A stretch of 64,000 nucleotides of DNA from Phycisphaeraceae bacterium (GCA_963674705.1 OY771506.1:5056001-5120000), one strand, 5' to 3'. Shown: positions 37,691-47,926, counted from the stretch's first letter. Notes: generated by a model not told the origin, from the sequence alone. Program-made: numbers and translations.

Positions 37691-38314
37691 ATCGCTAAAG
37701 GACGATTCCGACCCCAACAGCGCGACACCGGCAAACGCCTGCGCATAAACGACCTGATTCGTATCTCTCCGGTCAGACTGATTGATGAAAACGACAACCC
37801 CGTCGGCGTCATCCCGGTCGACGAAGCTAAACGCATGGCCAGAGAAGCAGGGCTTGACCTCGTCGAAGTTGCGCCCAAGGGTGACCCACCTGTCTGTAAG
37901 ATCATGGATTACGGCAAGTGGAAGTACGCCCAGAAAAAGAAAGAGCAAAAAGCGCGAAGCCACACCAAGCAGAGCGAGCTGAAGGGTATCCGTCTGCGCC
38001 CGAAGATCGACAGCCACGACCTTGACATCAAGATGAGCAAGGCCCGTGAGTTCATCGAGGACGGCGACAAGGTGCAATTCACCATGCTCTTCCGCGGCCG
38101 GGAAATGGCACACAAGAACCTGGGCCTGGATTCCATGAAGAAGATCTGCGACGAACTCGCCGACATCGCCAAGATCGAGGCCGAACCCAAGATGATGGGC
38201 CGGCGGGCCACCATGGTGCTGGCCCCGGACAAGAAAGCCGTAACCAAGTCAAGCGATAAGAAGGCCGAACCCGAAGAACAGCAGGACGAAATCCCCCAGG
38301 CCGAAGCGGGTTGA
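37691..38314 (+). CDS. infC: Translation initiation factor IF-3, probable non-canonical ATC start
   Basis: RINDLIR, LDLVEVAP, PPVCKIMDYGK, FRGRE; GAAAGGT SD upstream of an in-frame ATC, and no ATG before the conserved N-domain. Confidence 0.93.
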   Translation: MAKGRFRPQQRDTGKRLRINDLIRISPVRLIDENDNPVGVIPVDEAKRMAREAGLDLVEVAPKGDPPVCKIMDYGKWKYAQKKKEQKARSHTKQSELKGIRLRPKIDSHDLDIKMSKAREFIEDGDKVQFTMLFRGREMAHKNLGLDSMKKICDELADIAKIEAEPKMMGRRATMVLAPDKKAVTKSSDKKAEPEEQQDEIPQAEAG

Positions 38315-38343
38315 ATCCTACTGCATACATACGAAATCCACCG

Positions 38344-38372
38344 GCGTGGTTGCCTAGGTAACCACGCTTTTT
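38344..38372 (+). terminator. Rho-independent terminator after infC
   Basis: GCGTGGTTGC-CTAG-GTAACCACGC followed by TTTTT. Confidence 0.75.
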
Positions 38373-38385
38373 CTATAGTCTGTGA

Positions 38386-39117
38386 ATGCCAACCAAGATT
38401 ACCAGCTTCGGCCTATCCGCCGGTCGTAAACTCGGCCGGGGCTATGTCATCCAATCCATGATCGGCCGCGGCATCGAGGGCGAGGTCTACGAGGTCCTCG
38501 AAGCCGGTACAGGCATCCTCCGTGCCGCCAAGATCTACTTCCCCCACTGCGACCCCAGAAGCCAACGCTCCATCCGACAGGCTCGCAAACTCGATACCCT
38601 CCGCCGCTGCCCCATCGTCCTGCAGTACCTGCACTCCGAGACGCTGACGATCCGTGGTGCAAAAACCATCGCCATGATCAGCGAACTCTGCCCCGGCGAA
38701 CCACTCGGCAAATGGATCGAACGTCACCGCGGAAAACGCCTCCAGCCTTACGTCGCGCTGCACGTGCTCTACAACCTCGTCCTCGGCCTGCAACCCATCC
38801 ACCGCGCCGGCGAGTATCACGGCGACGTACACACCGACAACATCATGATCGAACCCCGAGGCGTCGGCTTCACGCTCAAACTCGTCGACTTCTACGACTG
38901 GGGCAAGCCCAAACGTTACAAGCAAAGCCAGGACATCATCGACACCATCGGCGTCTTCCACGACTGCCTCGGCGGCAAACCCCACTACGCCAAACTACCC
39001 GCAGAAGCCAAGTACATCTGCGCCGGCATGCGACACTCACTGATGCTCAAACGCTTCCCCAACATGGGCCGACTCAGACAACACCTCGAAGACTTCGAGT
39101 GGGAGACGGTGGTCTAA
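38386..39117 (+). CDS. Compact Ser/Thr protein kinase-like protein
   Basis: IGRGIEGEV, AAK, HGDVHTDN, DFY in place of DFG. Confidence 0.82.
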   Translation: MPTKITSFGLSAGRKLGRGYVIQSMIGRGIEGEVYEVLEAGTGILRAAKIYFPHCDPRSQRSIRQARKLDTLRRCPIVLQYLHSETLTIRGAKTIAMISELCPGEPLGKWIERHRGKRLQPYVALHVLYNLVLGLQPIHRAGEYHGDVHTDNIMIEPRGVGFTLKLVDFYDWGKPKRYKQSQDIIDTIGVFHDCLGGKPHYAKLPAEAKYICAGMRHSLMLKRFPNMGRLRQHLEDFEWETVV

Positions 39118-39147
39118 TGCCCCAACGGCCAGATTCTGCCTGATCTT

Positions 39148-42030
39148 TTACCGCACACGCAGCGCGTACAAGCTTGAGCGCGCGGTGATGAACAGAGTCT
39201 TGCCATCCGCGCCCCCGAAGGCGAGTGAAGTCGGACGTTGAGGGACGTTGATAGCCCCGGCGGGTTCTCCGTTTTTGTCAAATACCCGGACCTGCCCCGC
39301 GGCGATATATACGCGGTCGTTTGGCCCCACCGCGATGCCTTCACCACCCGTTTCAACAAACAATTGCGGATCCGAAAGCGTCCCGTCTGACCCGACCACA
39401 AATAACCATGTACGCAGTTCGTGTTCGTTGCTGACATAGAAACGCTTGCCGGGTGCGGCTGGTGCTAGCTGAAAAGTGCGCAACACGTCCGTGAGTTTGG
39501 CCCCCCATCGCGTTTCGCCTGTTACGAAGTCTTCACCGGCGGGGAAAAAGGTTGTGCCATCCGGCGCCAGGTAATGGTACGGCTTGGGTGTGGTGCTGCT
39601 TTCCATAAAGTCAGCGATGCCCATCCAACGGTTAACGGGGAGAATCGCAACGCCGTCCGGCCGATCAGTCGCCGGCTGGGCATCGAGCGACACGATCTCA
39701 CTTGCCGGATCATCGGGATCAAACGCCAGCACGACCCCATCGCCATCGTATGCCACAACCAACAGGTTGCCCGAACTGTCAAACGCAAGCTGCTCAGGCC
39801 GCTGCGGGATGTTCCGAACAGTTACCAGTTCGCCCTTATCAATGTCCCACTTGTAGATTCTCAACGCACGCGGATCGGCGAAGTAAAGGTTGCCGTGTTC
39901 ATCCACCGTGGAACCCGAGATGTTCTGGAAACCATCGGCGAGCTTCTCAACACGACTGCCCGGCGCAAGCAACTCGCTAGTGGTTTCCGCTGTGACCGTA
40001 CCGCCACCCCCTGCCACATCCAGCACAGCAAACTCCGGGTCGCGCACTTCTAAGCCGCTATCCACCACCCGGACCGCGTTGTCATACGACACCTTGGAAT
40101 TGCTATAGACATGCACATTACGAAAACGAATACCCGATGATTGACTGACTTTCACTGCCATCGGATAAGGCTCGAAGCTGCTGACCACACGGTAAAAAAA
40201 CGTGTTGGCAAAGAGCACATCGTGTGAGTCTTCAAGTGAAAGCTGCAATGCACGCGGACTTTCCACACGCTCTGCCTCGAACTGCAAGCCATAAAAACAC
40301 CAGTTGGAAACATGGCGAAGAACAACCTCGTTGCTGACGTGATGTTCTGCTGACATCGCATAGAGCCTGCCACGTGTCGAAGTATCAGTAACCAGCAGCC
40401 CGGCCTTCGCGTATGGGCTGGGCGTCCAGATATCCTTGAACACGCCACCCCCGCCGTCCGTCACCCACAGACTTGCGTGCTGACGGTCCCAATGCTCGCT
40501 GTTTTCTCGGCCGCGCGAATCGTGGATATCGCCCGGCAATCGTGTCCCGTGCCCGCCGTGCAGGCGGACGTCGTTGATCAGCGAGTCTTCGTCAGCCGTC
40601 CACTTGATGCCGACCGCCCCGGGGTTAACCGTGCCGGTATAGACGCCGATCCCGCTGATGATATTCGTCCCGCCTGACGCGGACTGAATCACCGGCCTGG
40701 GTTTGCTGTGATCCGAGAATCCAGGTGTACCGTTGGCGACATAGATCGCGGTCGAGCCCGGCTGCAGGCCGATCAGTTCGGTGTCCGGACGAAGCCGCAA
40801 CGTATCGCTTACGCGGTACACCCCGATCGGGAAGTAAAGCGTGCGGTGCGTGTCGATCGCTTGCTGTAAAGCTTGCGTATCATCGGTTTCACCGTCACCA
40901 GTCACACCGAGCGATCGCACATTCACCCAGGTTTCGGTTGGTTGAGGCACAGCGATGTCAGACTCGACCGTCGTCGGCAGCAGATCAAGCGGTTCGATAT
41001 CCGTGGTCGTCGCGATCTCTCGCCGCGTACCCGTATCGTTCAAGTGCAAACCGTGCGAGAACTGCTTAACCCTGTAGACCACGGCCGGCGCGTCCACCTG
41101 CCCCCCACTTTCGCGCATCCGGGCAAACACCGGGACATCTCGGCAGTCGATGTTCTCCATGCTTACCTGCGTCCGTGCGCTGCTGTCCCGGCTGATAACA
41201 ACCGCAGCATCACTGATACCCTCGAATCGTGCTTCGCTGACTGACAACTGATCGGGCTTACCTTCAACAAAAAAAATGCCAACCGGCACGTCACGGATCG
41301 TCGGTCGAACCACCGCAAGCCCGCCCTCATCACAGGTGATCGCCGTTTGCGTCTGTCCCTCAAATACGCAGTCGATTACCAGGATCGGCCAGCCCGGCGC
41401 GGAGCGAGCGGTGACGATACCGTTTTGACCGCCAATGAAGTGTAAATCCTCGACCTCGTTGCCGATGTCTTCCAGCCCCGCACGCGCGTCGCCGAGCTTG
41501 AACGTCATGTGTGACAGGTAGCTGTGCTGTGAGACATGGAAACGAATCGCCACCGCAGCCGGGTTGCCCGGATCGATCTCGATGTCGATGTTGCTCAGCG
41601 CACTGTAGAACGTCCCCGGGCTTCCGTCGCGCGGCGGATCGCCGGATTCTCGCCCGCGCCCACCGGAGAAGTAAATCATGTACCGGTCATCGCCCGTCTG
41701 GAAGCCCGGCGTATATTGACCAAGCACGAACACCGGCCGTTGGTTGCCGAACCCGATCAACCGAACGCCCGGCCAGACATACACTGTCTCACCCAGTCGA
41801 TAGCGCCCCTCCGGCACAAACAACACACCCGGATACCCCTTCGCCGCCACCGCATCGATCGCAGCCTGCAGCGCCGGTGCATCATCCGCCTTACCATCCG
41901 CACGCACACCGTATGACCCCGCCGTCAGGTACACCGCCTGTGCATCATCGAGTCGCGATGTGTAAAACGAATCAGCCAGGATAGTAGAACACGTCGTAAA
42001 CACACACACCCATACGAGAATGGCTTTCAT
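39148..42030 (-). CDS. Secreted double beta-helix (pectate_lyase_3/GH55-like) protein fused to an SMP-30/gluconolactonase propeller
   Basis: Two DG..DD..ALQ.AID..P.G.Y motifs; C-terminal EGIAVG, PTSLAFGGADGKTLFITARSSLY. Confidence 0.85.
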   Translation of the reverse strand: MKAILVWVCVFTTCSTILADSFYTSRLDDAQAVYLTAGSYGVRADGKADDAPALQAAIDAVAAKGYPGVLFVPEGRYRLGETVYVWPGVRLIGFGNQRPVFVLGQYTPGFQTGDDRYMIYFSGGRGRESGDPPRDGSPGTFYSALSNIDIEIDPGNPAAVAIRFHVSQHSYLSHMTFKLGDARAGLEDIGNEVEDLHFIGGQNGIVTARSAPGWPILVIDCVFEGQTQTAITCDEGGLAVVRPTIRDVPVGIFFVEGKPDQLSVSEARFEGISDAAVVISRDSSARTQVSMENIDCRDVPVFARMRESGGQVDAPAVVYRVKQFSHGLHLNDTGTRREIATTTDIEPLDLLPTTVESDIAVPQPTETWVNVRSLGVTGDGETDDTQALQQAIDTHRTLYFPIGVYRVSDTLRLRPDTELIGLQPGSTAIYVANGTPGFSDHSKPRPVIQSASGGTNIISGIGVYTGTVNPGAVGIKWTADEDSLINDVRLHGGHGTRLPGDIHDSRGRENSEHWDRQHASLWVTDGGGGVFKDIWTPSPYAKAGLLVTDTSTRGRLYAMSAEHHVSNEVVLRHVSNWCFYGLQFEAERVESPRALQLSLEDSHDVLFANTFFYRVVSSFEPYPMAVKVSQSSGIRFRNVHVYSNSKVSYDNAVRVVDSGLEVRDPEFAVLDVAGGGGTVTAETTSELLAPGSRVEKLADGFQNISGSTVDEHGNLYFADPRALRIYKWDIDKGELVTVRNIPQRPEQLAFDSSGNLLVVAYDGDGVVLAFDPDDPASEIVSLDAQPATDRPDGVAILPVNRWMGIADFMESSTTPKPYHYLAPDGTTFFPAGEDFVTGETRWGAKLTDVLRTFQLAPAAPGKRFYVSNEHELRTWLFVVGSDGTLSDPQLFVETGGEGIAVGPNDRVYIAAGQVRVFDKNGEPAGAINVPQRPTSLAFGGADGKTLFITARSSLYALRVR

Positions 42031-42341
42031 GATTGTCGTCGCCCTGTGTAAGCGCACGGACCGCAATGGAGCCATAAACGTAACGGTATCATTTATAACT
42101 GGCAAGAAGTAACAATGTTACACGCTATGATTGCGTGTCTTCGCGATTGCATACCGCGCTACCAGATATTTACGCCTCGCGCAACTCATAGCAAACTCAT
42201 ACATCTTTCATCATGTGCTCACGCACGGGCGCTATGTTGTGGGATCATCCTTTCAGACGTATGTGCGTCTGTGGGCACAGGGGCGGAGAAACCCATGCCT
42301 GAGGATTCCTGACAGGCTTCTAAAAAACAGATTGCATTCTT

Positions 42342-43133
42342 ATGAGCAAGACCTTGAGTTGTGCCTGCCTGGCCACACTGCTCTGCGCAGGCCACGCCTC
42401 AGCGGATACGTTTATCTTCGGCCGAAGGGCCAACGGCCTGACGGGCCTTTCCAGCGGAACCGTCGTCGGGACCGAAACCACCCTCAGCATCGCCGTCGCC
42501 ACACCCGGCGCGGTCATGGATGAGTCTGACTCCGACGGCATGGGCATCGACGCGACCGCCGTCGCAGGCGTCACCGATGCCAGCGACACCAAGTTCAACA
42601 TGCTCACCGGCTCGATCACCGGCGGCGAAGCCGTCACGTTCTCCTTCGATCAGTCTGGCATCCTCAACTCGCTTCTGTTCGACGGCATGAAGGACGAAAC
42701 ACTCGAACACTTCATCCTCACCACGCCCGACGGCACGATCTACACCCTCTTCGACTTCGAGGTCGAGATGCGCCTGAACCATCAGGGCTTCCAGCTTTCA
42801 GACATGGGCGTGCCGAATCCGACACAGGCTTTGGATTCCAGCGACGACATCGTCGGCTTGAACATCCCCTACCAGGCAGGTGAAGTCTTCACACTCACCT
42901 ACGGCGAGGTCGACTACGACGGCGCTGTCCTGCCCGGCTACTACCCCGCCGACGACAACCTCAACCCGACCGGCGACACGCCCAACGGCATCCGCTTTGA
43001 AGGCATCGTCGTCACCGTCGTCCCCGAACCCGCAACCCTCTCGCTAGGCCTGATCGCGATGGGCGGTTGCATGATCCGTCGCCCTCTGAACCGGATCAAC
43101 TTCGATCGCATCGTAATAGGTGCCATACTTTGA
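42342..43133 (+). CDS. PEP-CTERM protein of unknown function
   Basis: Signal peptide; VPEPATLSLGLIAMGGCMIRR. Confidence 0.85.
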   Translation: MSKTLSCACLATLLCAGHASADTFIFGRRANGLTGLSSGTVVGTETTLSIAVATPGAVMDESDSDGMGIDATAVAGVTDASDTKFNMLTGSITGGEAVTFSFDQSGILNSLLFDGMKDETLEHFILTTPDGTIYTLFDFEVEMRLNHQGFQLSDMGVPNPTQALDSSDDIVGLNIPYQAGEVFTLTYGEVDYDGAVLPGYYPADDNLNPTGDTPNGIRFEGIVVTVVPEPATLSLGLIAMGGCMIRRPLNRINFDRIVIGAIL

Positions 43134-43225
43134 CTCCGCAGGAGCAAAGTGTGCGGGTATCAATATACGTTTTCGCTTTGCAGCTAATCTAATCAACACC
43201 GTGACTTCTAATTAATGATTTTAAT

Positions 43226-43384
43226 TAGCCACCGATAAACACGGATGAACACAGATCAAACATGAATTGATTTTTCCCGTAGATATCAGTTCAAAATACA
43301 TGCGATTGCTTTTACTGCTATGAGTCTATTTAACCGTATTACTCTTGTTTCTTATCTGTGTTAATCCGTGTTTATCGGTGGCTA
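43226..43384. repeat. Family C inverted doublet with an AT-rich spacer
   Basis: 31-bp arms at 43226-43256 and 43354-43384 match 30/31; 97-bp spacer. Confidence 0.9.
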
Positions 43385-43464
43385 TATGGGCTGTATACAG
43401 TTGCAAACCGAACGAAGATCATTAGTAAGTTAGTCAGTCAATAAGCAGCAAGAACCGGCATCAT

Positions 43465-44046
43465 CTAGTCGGCCGAGACTTCACCCGCCTTATCGAGTGT
43501 TACGTGTAGGTCTGCGCCCATGCCGTTGGTCACGTAATCATCAACAATGGTGTCGATGTTATCTGAACCATGTGTCGCAGTGAGTACTAACTCACCATCC
43601 GAACCTATCCAGAATGAATCAGATGCGGTCCCGCCTGGCGGGATGTCACCGAGATAAGCATGAACTCCGCCGCCTAACACACTTACATCCTGTAAGGGCT
43701 GATCGCTTTGATTCACAACCGTGATGGTATAGCGTGTTTGTATTACGACAACAGCTACCACGCAAACTCCCGCAGCGATGAAGTTGCTGATGACAAGAAT
43801 CAGTACGCCAAGCACATGATGGGACACTCTTCTTCGCGGCGATTCCTTTTGCATTTTCGCGATGATGATCGCAGCAATCACGCACACGATCGCAAGAAAC
43901 ACACTCGCCACCCCCGCATAGATCGTTAACATCCCGGCATACATAAGCCAAAACGCCCGCGTTACCAGCCACGCAACAAAGATGCCGACACCGATAACCA
44001 GCGGCAACGCGGCAAGTATCCAGGCGGCTTTAATCAGTTTCGACAT
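43465..44046 (-). CDS. Hypothetical membrane protein (three TM helices plus a small beta domain)
   Basis: Hydrophobic helices; AGAGGA RBS before ATG 44046. Confidence 0.7.
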   Translation of the reverse strand: MSKLIKAAWILAALPLVIGVGIFVAWLVTRAFWLMYAGMLTIYAGVASVFLAIVCVIAAIIIAKMQKESPRRRVSHHVLGVLILVISNFIAAGVCVVAVVVIQTRYTITVVNQSDQPLQDVSVLGGGVHAYLGDIPPGGTASDSFWIGSDGELVLTATHGSDNIDTIVDDYVTNGMGADLHVTLDKAGEVSAD

Positions 44047-44185
44047 CGCGAATCCTCTGCTGGAAAGGTCAGGAACCTGACATCCCAAGTGTTATCCTGT
44101 GATCGTTAAACTATTGTGCCGAGGTGGCAGTATGTGATACGGTATCTGTCAGGATTTGTTCGACAAGCCAATAGTGATATCAATC

Positions 44186-44452
44186 ATGCAAGACGACTAC
44201 GATCCTGAGGCCCCAAGCGATTTTGATCTTGACGATCAGGATGAAACCCTCGCCTGCCCCGAATGCGGCGCGGCGGTCTACGATGATGCCGACTACTGCA
44301 ACAAGTGCGGCCACTGGATCACGCCAAGCGACAGCCAATCCAAACTCGATCTGAAGCACCCCCACCGGAATACAAAACTCATTGCATTAATCCTGCTGCT
44401 GGTGATTCTGGTGCCGGCTATTGTGTTCTGGGTGGTGACTTTTCTGATTTAG
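44186..44452 (+). CDS. Zinc-ribbon protein with a C-terminal TM helix
   Basis: CPECG...CNKCG and a hydrophobic tail. Confidence 0.78.
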   Translation: MQDDYDPEAPSDFDLDDQDETLACPECGAAVYDDADYCNKCGHWITPSDSQSKLDLKHPHRNTKLIALILLLVILVPAIVFWVVTFLI

Positions 44453-44664
44453 AAATTGACTCGATCCGCCACGCCCTCTTGCCTGTTGCCAAAAAGAACC
44501 ACACCCATGCGCACGCCCCCCAATCACGACAGAACCGTGCGCGCAAACGATGGTGGATAACCGGTAGTTCAAACGTGCCCGATTTGCCCGCGCGGGCCGG
44601 AGCGGTTAGGCCGATTCGGCATCATGTTAAGCAACAGGTGAGTCCCCGTTTTTCTTTCGATGCG

Positions 44665-45681
44665 CTACGGCTTGGGCGCTTGATTCGGGTCGGTCACCTG
44701 GACTGATTCAAAGACAGTGATGCCGACCGGCGGGCCTTCGATCACTACGGGATAGTCTTTGGGCGTCAGCGCAATGAGCAAGCGGTTGACATCTTGCGGC
44801 GTAAGGTTACCTGCGATCTGTATCTGTCCATCCGGCATGGCGGAAATGATCTTCGGCGCCATGATAATGCGATCGTTTACAACGATGGCCATAAACCTGC
44901 CAACCAGATCGGTGGTGATGCGCTTGAACACTTCAGCGCCGGTCTTGTCCAGTTCGATAAAAACCGCGGGATTGCCGTAGTTATCCCTGGCTTTCTCGAC
45001 GTATTTGATTTGCCAACTGTCGGGACCCGATCGCGTCGATACGGCCGGTCTGTTACCGACAAGTATGCAGACTTCATCGTTATAAGATTCCGCGATCCAG
45101 CCCCTGCTTGCAAACAAGTAGTCGGCTACCGCCTCAGGCATGTAGTTGTTGGTTTGATCGCGCGGGATGTCCCATTGCTCCTGCACGTTGTCCAACACAA
45201 ACCATATGCAATCCGGTTGCTCATGATCCCAAGCCGGGCCGTGCTCATATAACGCTTGCTTCCATTGATCAACCTCCGCCTCTGTAAGGTCCGGCATCTT
45301 GTCTTCCACCAGCACATGGAAAGACAATCGACCTTGTTCGACCAACGCGCTAGTAAGGTGCACAACCTGCTGCTGCGCCTCGGTATCGATAGCAGAAATC
45401 GGTATCACGATTTCGATCTGGTTCCAAGCGGCCGATGTCACGTACCACGGGTAACCGCTGAGATACGCCACGTCCTGAATCGCTTCGATAGCTTTCTGCA
45501 TCTGCTTGGCCGGGTCAGCCTGCGGCGGGAAGCTGACCTCGTAAACAATACTCACACCCTCATCAGGTCGTTCATCAAGAATGTACGCATCCGCACTGCC
45601 GGATCGTCCGCAACCCATCACGGCCAGACACGCAACGATAAGCAACAAGCTGATCCACCCGGTTATCCTGACTGTTTTCAT
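44665..45681 (-). CDS. Lipoprotein containing a SecD/SecDF P1-head-like domain, without the SecD TM core
   Basis: Lipobox-like AVMGC; PAVFIELDKTGAEVFKRIT...MAIVVND...APKI...IQIAGN. Confidence 0.72.
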   Translation of the reverse strand: MKTVRITGWISLLLIVACLAVMGCGRSGSADAYILDERPDEGVSIVYEVSFPPQADPAKQMQKAIEAIQDVAYLSGYPWYVTSAAWNQIEIVIPISAIDTEAQQQVVHLTSALVEQGRLSFHVLVEDKMPDLTEAEVDQWKQALYEHGPAWDHEQPDCIWFVLDNVQEQWDIPRDQTNNYMPEAVADYLFASRGWIAESYNDEVCILVGNRPAVSTRSGPDSWQIKYVEKARDNYGNPAVFIELDKTGAEVFKRITTDLVGRFMAIVVNDRIIMAPKIISAMPDGQIQIAGNLTPQDVNRLLIALTPKDYPVVIEGPPVGITVFESVQVTDPNQAPKP

Positions 45682-45772
45682 TTATCACCCCAGCAAAGCT
45701 TACAGACCATTATTACGTTCCGACACATTATGCCATATGCACAACAAAACATCGCACATTTTGCCCGTTGAG

Positions 45773-46750
45773 TCAAAGTATAGTATCTGGCGTGGATTTA
45801 TTGCGAAATGCACTTGGTTGTTTGAGTGAATCGTGCTTACTAACCATTTCCTTAGCAAGCTCATAATTGCCTATAGCAGAAAATACAAACCTAGACGATT
45901 CAATTACCTGTAAAGAATTTTGGTGAACCACATTTTCTGGCTCCAGTACAATCATTTGATTCCTAAAGACACCTCTTACAAATGCTTCTAGTGAGGTTAT
46001 ACTAAACGGCAGGTGACCGCAGTAACCATAAAGCCAATGCGCTTTGTCAAGTGCATTCTTGATAGAATGTGCTAGATGAGAACAGATAAAGCATAATGAT
46101 AGCTGTGGGCTAATGGGCATAAATATCTGGATGCCTTTCACATCTAATCCCAGATTACCTCTACCTGGATATTCAAAATCATTATGCATGGTGACTGGTG
46201 TGTCGGAAATGTAAAAATCCATCCCATCTGGTGTTTTCGCAAGATACCATTGCTTGTCAAGATAATATCTAGCAGTATCCTTAGCTATTGACACAAGCTC
46301 AATTCCCGAATTATGCAATTGCTGCTCGCTCAACTCTTCAAATCCTTCTACTTTCGCAGGATCGTCTCCATGAGACACTATAAAAGAACGTATAGTCTCG
46401 TATACGCTCTGAAGTCTCTGACGGGAGCTTTTTACTCGCAATTGCTGTACAGCTATAAATATCGAGATCTGAACTCTCTCTTCAGCATTGAGAAATTTAA
46501 TTGATTCGGCTTCAATAATGCGGCGCAACAATGACGCAAAATTAGATTCTAATCCTGTAAAAAATCCTTCTGCCGATTCCAGTCCTACTTCGTCTTGAAA
46601 ATCATTGAAACCATGCTCGGCAGCAACATTGCGAATTGATGTAACAAACTCCTTTTCCTCAGCCTTGTCGAATACACAAATTTGTTCTTTGTTAGAAGCA
46701 AATTGCCGGAGCAAACACTGTGGAACATAATGTTGGTTCTGAGGAGGCAT
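45773..46750 (-). CDS. DUF4238-like protein, AT-rich and probably horizontally acquired
   Basis: QHYVPQCLLRQF, FYISDTPV, FMPISPQL; visibly lower GC than flanks. Confidence 0.8.
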   Translation of the reverse strand: MPPQNQHYVPQCLLRQFASNKEQICVFDKAEEKEFVTSIRNVAAEHGFNDFQDEVGLESAEGFFTGLESNFASLLRRIIEAESIKFLNAEERVQISIFIAVQQLRVKSSRQRLQSVYETIRSFIVSHGDDPAKVEGFEELSEQQLHNSGIELVSIAKDTARYYLDKQWYLAKTPDGMDFYISDTPVTMHNDFEYPGRGNLGLDVKGIQIFMPISPQLSLCFICSHLAHSIKNALDKAHWLYGYCGHLPFSITSLEAFVRGVFRNQMIVLEPENVVHQNSLQVIESSRFVFSAIGNYELAKEMVSKHDSLKQPSAFRNKSTPDTIL

Positions 46751-46861
46751 TGTTAAGTAATAGCCATATCTATTTATATGTCACTATTCATAATTTGGCT
46801 ACGAAACACACACTGGCGAATTTGATAGTAAATCGTGGAATCCATGGTTGGTTACATGAAT

Positions 46862-47902
46862 CTAAAGCAGCCCCGCTGTCTCTTCCAGATCGAACACTGC
46901 GTTCATGTTCTGAACAGCTTGGCCTGATGCGCCTTTGACCATGTTGTCGATGGCGCTGAAGACGATGACTCTTGGGACGTCGCCTTGTTTGGTGAGTCTT
47001 ACGGTGATGTCGCAGAAGTTGGTGTTGGCGACGTGTTTGACGTTGGGTAAATCTTCGCGGACTCGGATGAAGGGTTCGTCTTCGTACGTATCTTCGTAGG
47101 CTTCGAACAGTTCATCCTCGGTGACGTCCGGGTCGGCGGGTTCGAGGTAGATGGTTTCTAAGATGCCTCGGTCGATGGGCAGCAGGTGCGGGACGAACAG
47201 TGCGTGGATGGGTTTGCCGGCGACGAGGGATAAGGTTTGTTCGATTTCGGGTTGATGTCGGTGGCCGCCGATCGTACCGTAGGGCAGGTAGGATTCGTTG
47301 TGATTGGGGAAGTGCAGCATTTCGCTTGGTGACTTGCCTGCGCCGGTGGTGCCGCTTGCTGCATTAATGAGGATCGGGTCGTGCTTGATGAGGCTGTGCG
47401 ACAGCAGCGGCGCGACGCCGAGCGCTGCGGCGGTGGGATAGCAGCCGGGGTTAGCGACGAGCATCGCACCCGGAAGGTTGTCGCGGTTCAACTCGGGTAG
47501 GCCGTAGACAGCTTCAGCGAGGTTTTCCGGGTCTTCGTGCGGGGTGGCGTAGACCTTTTCATATAGTTCGGTTGACGCAAGTCGGTAGTCAGCAGACAGA
47601 TCAATCACGCGCAGGCCGACATCCAATAGCTTCGGCGCGTAGCTCATCGCGGCCTTGTGCGGCAGCGCAAGGAAAACGACATCGGCTTCGTCAGCGATGA
47701 CAGCGGGATCGATCGGGCGGCACGTGGCGACTTCATCCTCAACGCGGCCGAGTAAAGCCGGGAAGACATCACGGATGTCGGGCAGTTCATCCCGGTGGCT
47801 TGCCAGGTAAGTCAACTGCGTAGACGGGTGGCGCAAGAGGATGTTGATCAGGTCGAATCCGGTATACCCGGTCGGCCCCACGATAGCGGCTCGGATAGAC
47901 AT
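46862..47902 (-). CDS. argC: N-acetyl-gamma-glutamyl-phosphate reductase
   Basis: GPTGYTG, DLSADYR, ANPGCYPT, SGTTGAG, HRHQPEI, DNMVKGASGQAVQNMN. Confidence 0.96.
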   Translation of the reverse strand: MSIRAAIVGPTGYTGFDLINILLRHPSTQLTYLASHRDELPDIRDVFPALLGRVEDEVATCRPIDPAVIADEADVVFLALPHKAAMSYAPKLLDVGLRVIDLSADYRLASTELYEKVYATPHEDPENLAEAVYGLPELNRDNLPGAMLVANPGCYPTAAALGVAPLLSHSLIKHDPILINAASGTTGAGKSPSEMLHFPNHNESYLPYGTIGGHRHQPEIEQTLSLVAGKPIHALFVPHLLPIDRGILETIYLEPADPDVTEDELFEAYEDTYEDEPFIRVREDLPNVKHVANTNFCDITVRLTKQGDVPRVIVFSAIDNMVKGASGQAVQNMNAVFDLEETAGLL

Positions 47903-47926
47903 AGTCGGGGCATTGTATAAAGCAAA

